DNA from: Octopus bimaculoides
Lineage: Eukaryota
DNA: 45,272 nt
Reading direction: 5' to 3'
Assembly (NCBI RefSeq): GCF_001194135.2
Contig: NC_068986.1
Location: 113,422,896 to 113,468,167, forward strand
This document shows positions 37,169-45,272 of the stretch, piece after piece (positions within the stretch are counted from its first letter, which is position 1; the number at the start of each line of letters is the position of its first letter). The position numbers were made by a program, and so were the translations under genes. Under the pieces are notes generated by a model. That model was not told the origin of the DNA, made no database searches, and saw only the letters and a list, made by a program, of their open reading frames with translations.

Positions 37169-37222
37169 TTCTTTATTGGCCACACAGGGCTGAACACAGA
37201 AGGGACAAAATACAAAGTAGAG
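37168..37222 (-). mobile_element. Possible extreme 3' end of a LINE (AATAAA followed by a (TCTA)n tail)
   Basis: Minus strand TTTGTCCCTTCTGTGTTCAGCCCTGTGTGGCCAATAAAGAAA-(TCTA)n. Family assignment is from recall only. Confidence 0.35.
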
Positions 37223-37562
37223 CATTTCTTTTGGGGAAGAGAGAAAATGTGGGTGTTCAGATCTGTATGTACTGATGATAAAATCTGTGTGAATGCGTTT
37301 CTGAAACCTTTGCGTATCTTTGTCGTATTTTTACGGATGTAAAACTGTGCAAATTCTGAGCTCAAATTCCTTGAACTAGCACCCGAGTGAACGCAGGCAT
37401 TGCGAACACCTCTAGGCGATATCTTATTTTGGAAGGCTTTGACGACTTTGCATGTCACTTTTAATATGAATGACCGCAGAGGGAGGAAAGAAACTATAGT
37501 CCAGTTTCAATATATAGCCACGTGTATGTTATCCTTACCAAACGTAAAAAAATCGGAACTAT

Positions 37563-38045
37563 AGGCGCAGGAGTGGGTGTGTGGTAAGTAGTTTTTTTAC
37601 CAACCACATGCGTGACACCTTAGGCAAGTCACTGTAGTCTCGGGCCAACTAAAGCCTTGTGAGTGGATTGGGTAGACAGAAACTGAAAGAAGCCCATCGT
37701 ATATATATATATATATATATATATATATNNNNNNNNNNNNNNNNNNNNNNNNNNNNNNNNNNNNNNNNNNNNNNNNNNNNNNNNNNNNNNNNNTATATAT
37801 ATACACATACATATGCATATATATATGTGTGTGTGCTTGTTTGTGTCTGTGTTTGTCCCACCACCATCGCTTGACAAGCAATGTTGGTGTGTTTAGGTTC
37901 CCGTAACTTAGCGGTTCCGCAAAAGTGACAGACATAAGTATTAGGCTTACAAAGAATAAGTCCTGGGGTCGATTTGTTCGGCTAAATGCGGTGCTCCAGC
38001 ATGTCCGCAATGAAATGATTGAAATATGTGAAAGAATAACAGAAT
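37563..38045 (+). mobile_element. SINE family 2, full length, with an internal microsatellite spanning a gap
   Basis: Colinear with 10322-10680 on both sides of the 37729-37793 gap. Confidence 0.85.
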
Positions 38046-38544
38046 AAAAGAATAATGATGGCGAATAGTGAAAAGAATAGCAGTTCTGTATTTAATCGAA
38101 ACTGACGCTTGCGCAAACTTAGCTGAAATCACTTTGGAATGAGTATTGCAAGTAATCCAAACAATATAAAACAAGTATTGCCGAAAAGAGAAATATATAA
38201 TATGATGTATTATAAGTTGTTTTTTTTTTTTTTTTTTTTTTNNNNNNNNNNTTTTTTTTTTTTGTTTTTTTTCTAATAAAGGAAATACAATTATTGTTGA
38301 AACACGTTTGAAAATCATTATAGGAGAAAGGATTTTGAAAATACATAGGGAGAAAGCACTTTGTAGGCATACGGCATATTTCTGTTCTTTACAGCAGTTA
38401 ATGTAGAGACAGAGTAATCTACTACAGCGCAACTTTCAAAAGTATTTTTAGTTCCCAGCGAAAGGAAACTGAACACCAAATGGGACAGCCAAGATGCGAG
38501 GAAAATGAAAAGATTTTGCTTTATCCGGTTAAAGTTAACAATAG

Positions 38545-38792
38545 AACAAATAAGCAAGCTTACAAAACGGCATAAATTTACACGAACTCTACGAAATTCG
38601 ATTCTCAACGAAATCAAACATAACGTAACAGACATTTGCCGAGACCTAAGATTGACAGAGGAGTTGTTTAATAAACCTGTTGAAGAGGTGCTAAATGAAT
38701 GTCATCATGTGTTAACTGATCGCATACAAAGATCGTTTATTAGTGAACATTTTCAATTTATTCTACAAAATTTTCTTAATAATGTAACATAG
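38545..38792 (+). CDS. Candidate coding exon or orphan ORF (EQISKLTKRH...EELFNKPVEEVLNECHHVLTDRIQRSFISEHFQ...NNVT*)
   Basis: Non-repetitive open frame inside ORF 38505-38792; possible acceptor AG at 38543-38544; AATAAA near 38880. Protein not recognised. Confidence 0.3.
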
Positions 38793-40817
38793 TTATATAT
38801 AGACTAAAATGTGGAAGAGTAATGTTCACCAAGGTAGCCCCAACATATGCAATTTTACATTAATATAAAAATATATGAAATAAACCAGGCATGAGGTAGG
38901 AAAATGACGGAGACGACGGTTCATCCAAACGCACTCCATTCAATAACCTTACAATCAAGCTAAAAGAATAAGCAACCTGTATCAGCACACCTGCATATAT
39001 GTGTGTCTATTAAAGCAGTAATGCACATTATTATATAAAATGAATTGCCATCAGCTAAAAAACTAACGGGGATGTGATATGGTAAGTCAATGACTGACGA
39101 TGTGGGATTGGAATGCAGTGTATACCATATCTTTATTTCTGGGCTTTATTTCAGATTTTTTAGTCTGGAATTTTCTAGAATTTGATCGAAATCCCGCTCA
39201 TGTTTAATCATTTTTATTTACCTTTGTCAGTGAGAGTTTTTGTCATTTTCCTCTTCTTGTTTCTCTTCCTCTCTCTCTTTTATTCTCATCCCTTATCGCT
39301 CCCAATGTGTAGAAGTGAATGAGGAAGACAAGGAGTTGCACTGTAGAGGTTAGAAGGCGATATAGAAGAGTAAGAGACAGGGAATGGGTCAGGAAGTACA
39401 TATAATGAAAAGAGAACGAATGATGAGTGCAAAGAGCAGGGAAGATATCTAATAAAGGGTGTGCAGTGTAGCAGAGAGGCAATGAGGATACGAAAACTGT
39501 GGGGAATAATCAAAAACTGACAGATAACGAGGAGGCTGCTTAAATAATAATAATTACGAATATATGCATAAACATCCATACGCTTATAAAGACAAACACA
39601 CACACACACACACACATATATATAGTCATATGTATGTACGCATGTTTAGTAGGTATAAAAACACTATATCTCTCCACATCTATCAGGTTTCGCGGGCATC
39701 AATGTTTCTAGCTCTTTAACCGTTATCAATGGCAAATACCTAAGAAAGGCTACTCTGCACATACGCTATGAAACCTATAGCTTTAACTAAAATACATTGA
39801 TTATGAACCAGAAAAACGTCAGGTCTTGGAAATTAACGTAATATTACCGAAATATCGATGTCTAGGAATACTGATAGGCGGTAAAACGAGACAGATACGT
39901 CGGTTTTACAGCTATTTCCCATCAGATAACATTTTCTCCAAGGTAAATGGGGTAAATTTTCCTTTTAGCGGTTGAACTATGTTACAAACATGTTTTAACT
40001 AACCTAAACATTGCATATGCCTAAACGCTGCTTGGCGCTAAAATATGTATATATATATATATATATATNNNNNNNNNNNNNNNNNNNNNNNNNNNNNNNN
40101 NNNNNNNNNNNNNNNNNNNNNNNNNNNNNNNNNNNNNNNNNNNNNNNNNNNNNNNNNNNNNNNNNNNNNNNNNNNNNNNNNNNNNNNNNNNNNNNNNNNN
40201 NNNNNNNNNNNNNNNNNNNNNNNNNNNNNNNNNNNNNNNNNNNNNNNNNNNNNNNNNNNNNNNNNNNNNNNNNNNNNNNNNNNNNNNNNNNNNNNNNNNN
40301 NNNNNNNNNNNNNNNNNNNNNNNNNNNNNNNNNNNNNNNNNNNNNNNNNNNNNNNNNNNNNNNNNNNNNNNNNNNNNNNNNNNNNNNNNNNNNNNNNNNN
40401 NNNNNNNNNNNNNNNNNNNNNNNNNNNNNNNNNNNNNNNNNNNNNNNNNNNNNNNNNNNNNNNNNNNNNNNNNNNNNNNNNNNNNNNNNNNNNNNNNNNN
40501 NNNNNNNNNNNNNNNNNNNNNNNNNNNNNNNNNNNNNNNNNNNNNNNNNNNNNNNNNNNNNNNNNNNNNNNNNNNNNNNNNNNNNNNNNNNNNNNNNNNN
40601 NNNNNNNNNNNNNNNNNNNNNNNNNNNNNNNNNNNNNNNNNNNNNNNNNNNNNNNNNNNNNNNNNNNNNNNNNNNNNNNNNNNNNNNNNNNNNNNNNNNN
40701 NNNNNNNNNNNNNNNNNNNNNNNNNNNNNNNNNNNNNNNNNNNNNNNNNNNNNNNNNNNNNNNNNNNNNNNNNNNNNNNNNNNNNATATATATATATATA
40801 TATATATACATATATAC

Positions 40818-40973
40818 GACGGGCGTCTTTCAGTTTCCGTCTACCAAATCCACTCACAAGGCTTTGGTCGGCCCGAGGCTATAGTAGAAAACAATTGCCC
40901 AAGGTGACACGCAGTGGGACTGAACCCGGAGCCATGTGGTGTGTAAGCAAGCTACTTACCACACAGCCACTCC
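40818..40973 (-). mobile_element. SINE family 2, 5' half
   Basis: Reverse complement GAGTGGCTGTGTGGTAAGTAGC..CCGGGTTCAGTCCCACTGCG..GGTAGACGGAAACTGAAAGA. Confidence 0.88.
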
Positions 40974-41021
40974 AATATATATATGTATCTATATATATAT
41001 ACTGTATTATGTATATATACA

Positions 41022-42130
41022 TACTGCATCTCCTGCTCTCTTTGCTCTCTCTGCTCTTCTCTATACATCGGGCAAACAGGGTGCCACTTGGCTGACCGGT
41101 TCGCTGAACACCTCCGAGACATCCGACTCGACAATGACATCCCGGTCTCGCGCCATTTCCGCTCTACCGGTCACTCTTTGAAACACCTTTCCGCGTTCGA
41201 ATTGTCCATGCACAGGGGCCATCCGGTCTCCTGTTTGCGCCGTGAACAGGGATAAATCATCTCTCTTCACTCCTTTGCTCCACATGGGCTCAACTCTCCT
41301 CCCATCTTCATCTAATCTCCTCTACTCACCTCTCTCCCCTCACATCCACTTCCTCCCATCCACCTCTCCTCTCTTGCTCTGACTCCTACTTCTCCTCAGT
41401 CCTACTCTCACTCTCTCTTCTCCTCAGTCCTACCCACCTTCTCCTTTCTCCTTCATCGTCACCCCTCCTTGTAACCCCACCCTCCACTACGCATTCCATT
41501 CCACCAACCTTCCCTATCCTTCCTATCCCACCCCGCCCTTACACCCACTCCCACATGCCCCGCGTCTACCCTCACACTCTGCCAACCCACATACTTTACC
41601 TCCTCTCCCACCCTCAGCCTAACCCTCACCCCACCCTTGCTTTCCCCACTCTAGCCTCCCCCACCACCGAGCACCATCACACCACACCACACACCACTAA
41701 ACCATACACCAACATACCACACAACACATCACATTACATTACGTCACCAGGCACACACTAGCACCGACACCTTCCAGCCCAACCTCTTCACACCTACACA
41801 TACACACACGCACACGTCAAGGTCCCCAGCCCTCTTCCACACAAACATGCATACTCTCTTATACACGCACATGTGCACCTTCGTTTAGGGATCACCACTT
41901 CATTATTATCTCCCCTTCTTACTTGCTCTCATGGGTGACCCTTCTGTCCGCCATTCGCCATGATAGATCGCTAGCCACTACTCATATTTTATTTTCTCTC
42001 CTTGTTTCTTTTTGTGTTCCTTTCTGTGGAAAAGCGTAGGCTCGAACGTTAAAGACTTATTCACTTCCCTAATGCATCTGCTTATTGTCTACACCAGCTG
42101 TCTTTGTATTTTGTTTTTTCCTTGAAACAG
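41022..42130 (+). mobile_element. Penelope-like element 3' end: GIY-YIG endonuclease pseudo-ORF (41022-41315), C-rich UTR, HHR-bearing terminal repeat
   Basis: YCISCSLC..LYIGQTG.HLADRFAEHLRDI..PVSRHF..GHS..PHGLN is the PLE GIY-YIG pattern, with one internal stop at 41253. HHR-like motif downstream. Confidence 0.88.
42019..42055 (+). ncRNA. Decayed hammerhead-like motif in the Penelope terminal repeat
   Basis: CCTTT-CTGTGGA-A-AAGC[GTAG]GCTC-GAAC-GTT-AAAGA. One A of GAAA is lost and the first stem II pair is broken. Confidence 0.6.
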
Positions 42131-43875
42131 ATGTAAGGTCACATTTCTATTTATAAATGTCTTACAAATATCAAACTACCTTGACTTTCTTATGATATTT
42201 TATTTGACATATTCACGCTCACACACGAACTGCATATAATAAATGAGATGTTTTGGTATCCAGACGACCGAAAATGCAAGTAAGGTTGTGTAAGTAACAC
42301 GGAAGGACCGCTGTTAAGCTTCCGGTTCAATAACGACATGATTACGGAGTCTATGGCAGTTCGGGTGTGAGCGTGAATATATATATATATATANNNNNNN
42401 NNNNNNNNNNNNNNNNNNNNNNNNNNNNNNNNNNNNNNNNNNNNNNNNNNNNNNNNNNNNNNNNNNNNNNNNNNNNNNNNNNNNNNNNNNNNNNNNNNNN
42501 NNNNNNNNNNNNNNNNNNNNNNNNNNNNNNNNNNNNNNNNNNNNNNNNNNNNNNNNNNNNNNNNNNNNNNNNNNNNNNNNNNNNNNNNNNNNNNNNNNNN
42601 NNNNNNNNNNNNNNNNNNNNNNNNNNNNNNNNNNNNNNNNNNNNNNNNNNNNNNNNNNNNNNNNNNNNNNNNNNNNNNNNNNNNNNNNNNNNNNNNNNNN
42701 NNNNNNNNNNNNNNNNNNNNNNNNNNNNNNNNNNNNNNNNNNNNNNNNNNNNNNNNNNNNNNNNNNNNNNNNNNNNNNNNNNNNNNNNNNNNNNNNNNNN
42801 NNNNNNNNNNNNNNNNNNNNNNNNNNNNNNNNNNNNNNNNNNNNNNNNNNNNNNNNNNNNNNNNNNNNNNNNNNNNNNNNNNNNNNNNNNNNNNNNNNNN
42901 NNNNNNNNNNNNNNNNNNNNNNNNNNNNNNNNNNNNNNNNNNNNNNNNNNNNNNNNNNNNNNNNNNNNNNNNNNNNNNNNNNNNNNNNNNNNNNNNNNTC
43001 TTATATATATATATATACGTAACTACATAAATACGTACACGCTCACAGACTCACACATATGAAACAAAACACAAAGGAAATACAAAACGAAGAATGAAAC
43101 AAATCGAAATGTTAAAGATAGCATGATGTGTAGGCGAATATATAAATGAACAAATAAATAAATGCAAACAAATATAAATACGTATAAGACGGGGGAAGAA
43201 GCAAATGTGAAGAGACAGTAAAGCAACGATTATTTTCATTTACTTTTTTTCTGCGCTCGGTTCTTCGTTCGTGCAATTTTAGACTTTTCTAACGGCCAAA
43301 TGTTACAGATTTCTAATCTTCCCAGTTTTATTTCTACTTGTCTCTCCTTCTCGGCATGATCCATATACTAAGTGCTTTTATATACACATGCTAGCAAATG
43401 AGTGTTCACTTATATATATAACCACACACCCACAACTATTCAGAGTGTACAATTGCACAAATGCATAAATGGTCTGGCAGAGAAACAGTCATGAATGCAC
43501 AGAAAACCAGAAACACATTTACGTACATACAGATACTGCCAACAAAACTTTAAACGTTTACACAAAAGAGACAAGCAAACACACAAACACACATACATAC
43601 ACACCCGCACGCACATACAAACACACAAACACACACATACACTCACACACATACACACATATATATATATATGTTATATATAGGCATATATATCCATATG
43701 TACATTTATAAATAGATATGCATATAACTTTATATACATAAACATATTTACACAGACATGCATGCACTCACACACACACACACAGAGAAATATACGACTC
43801 ATAATATATGTATATATATATATATATACAAATATTTATGCACGTTCCACACATAAACATACATTATGTTATATA

Positions 43876-43932
<57 letters not shown>

Positions 43933-45272
43933 NNNNNNNNNNNNNNNNNNNNNNNNNNNNNNNNNNNNNNNNNNNNNNNNNNNNNNNNNNNNNNNNNNNN
44001 NNNNNNNNNNNNNNNNNNNNNNNNNNNNNNNNNNNNNNNNNNNNNNNNNNNNNNNNNNNNNNNNNNNNNNNNNNNNNNNNNNNNNNNNNNNNNNNNNNNN
44101 NNNNNNNNNNNNNNNNNNNNNNNNNNNNNNNNNNNNNNNNNNNNNNNNNNNNNNNNNNNNNNNNNNNNNNNNNNNNNNNNNNNNNNNNNNNNNNNNNNNN
44201 NNNNNNNNNNNNNNNNNNNNNNNNNNNNNNNNNNNNNNNNNNNNNNNNNNNNNNNNNNNATATATATATATATATATATAAAATACACGGCGAATGTTGG
44301 TAAAGTTTAGCACTGAAATTTTCCGTTTCCCATTGTGAAACACGTTAAATGTGATATACTTCTTATGCATGTTCTGCTCCTCAATAACTCTGCAGACGTG
44401 GTCTTTCTAGCGTCACTCACACGTTTTCCTCTTAAACACTAATTCTTCTTCACTTTGTTTATTTAATCTATTTTGTTTCTAAGTTTTATTGCGCTATAAT
44501 TGTGTGTCTGCTGTTTTTCTCACTGTTTCACTTACTGTTCTTGACGCTGTTTGCTTTATCTTTGTAAGCCGTTGGTTTCCATGTTGCTTCGTTATTCATT
44601 CACATTTCATCATCATTATATTCGTGTTTAGTCTGAATATTTTTATTCGGACTTTTTTCTTGTTTAACAACGAGTCATCGCTTATTGAGTAGACTTTTGA
44701 TCAAAGTTGTTCCAGTCAGAAACATACAGCATGTTTGTGTAATTTTAACTACTGTGACATTTCTTGTTTCAAAAATACCTGATGGTATTTGTGACAGATT
44801 TGGTTGCAATTTCCAGCAAGTTTCTCGAAATGCAAGAGTTTACATGTGTCTATGGTTGTCATACTGACAATGGTAATTTCCAAAAGTTAAACTAATGGCA
44901 ATACAATCCTTCATATTTACACACACACACAAACAGACACCTACATACACACACATGCACGTACACAGGCACACTCATACACACCTATGTACATATACAT
45001 GTATGTAAAATAAACAAAAATTGTAGGTAATACACGTGTATTCACTTTTATAGGCTTACAGGTGTTTCGGATATTCACCTGTGTGCGTTTGCAATTCAGC
45101 TTTATGAATAGAGCAAATGATCCACTGAACATATCTGAAAGCACATCTCAAATACGAGGAAGCGTATTATAAATAAATACAAAAAGTAAATAAAATGTAA
45201 ATAACTATATATATATAATCATCCAACATTCTGACTACCTTATTGTCCTAAATATATATATATATATATATA

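Larger units (their letters stand above)
23197..44259. other. Twelve assembly gaps (N runs), nearly all flanked by (TA)n
   Basis: N runs at 23197-23562, 26723-26732, 27603-28091, 28801-29362, 30973-31029, 33320-33366, 36013-36062, 37729-37793, 38242-38251, 40069-40787, 42394-42998 and 43933-44259. Confidence 0.98.

Noticed and set aside
37268-37325. CTGATGA...GAAAC...GTA core match
   Set aside because: Stems I and II do not pair; probably chance.

Overview
AT-rich, microsatellite-dense animal genomic DNA with 12 N-gaps. The repeat families and (TA)n/(TG)n/(TTA)n/(GATA)n load suggest an octopus draft assembly; this is an inference. I recognise no complete host gene, only a few unverified exon candidates (best: 19402-19479). 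Mobile-element remains dominate: the 5' half of an L1/Tx1 LINE, three R4/Dong-type (restriction-like endonuclease) LINE fragments, RTE, CR1/L2 and I-like relics, a mariner transposase pseudogene, the GIY-YIG 3' end of a Penelope-like element, and two tRNA-derived SINE families. The main signal is RNA-level: seven Type I hammerhead ribozyme (HHR)-like folds with palindromic, dimer-type stem III. Two have the canonical CUGAUGA core (26023-26067 minus, 33085-33140 minus). Five, from two families with different stems, lack the near-invariant A6 (four have U, one C) and carry an extra A before stem II; two of these keep perfect stems I and II and the same core CAGUUGA. One canonical-core HHR sits in a composite unit: inverted repeats + tRNA-like Pol III head + (TAA)n + HHR (25970-26445). 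All folds were derived by eye and no activity is shown.
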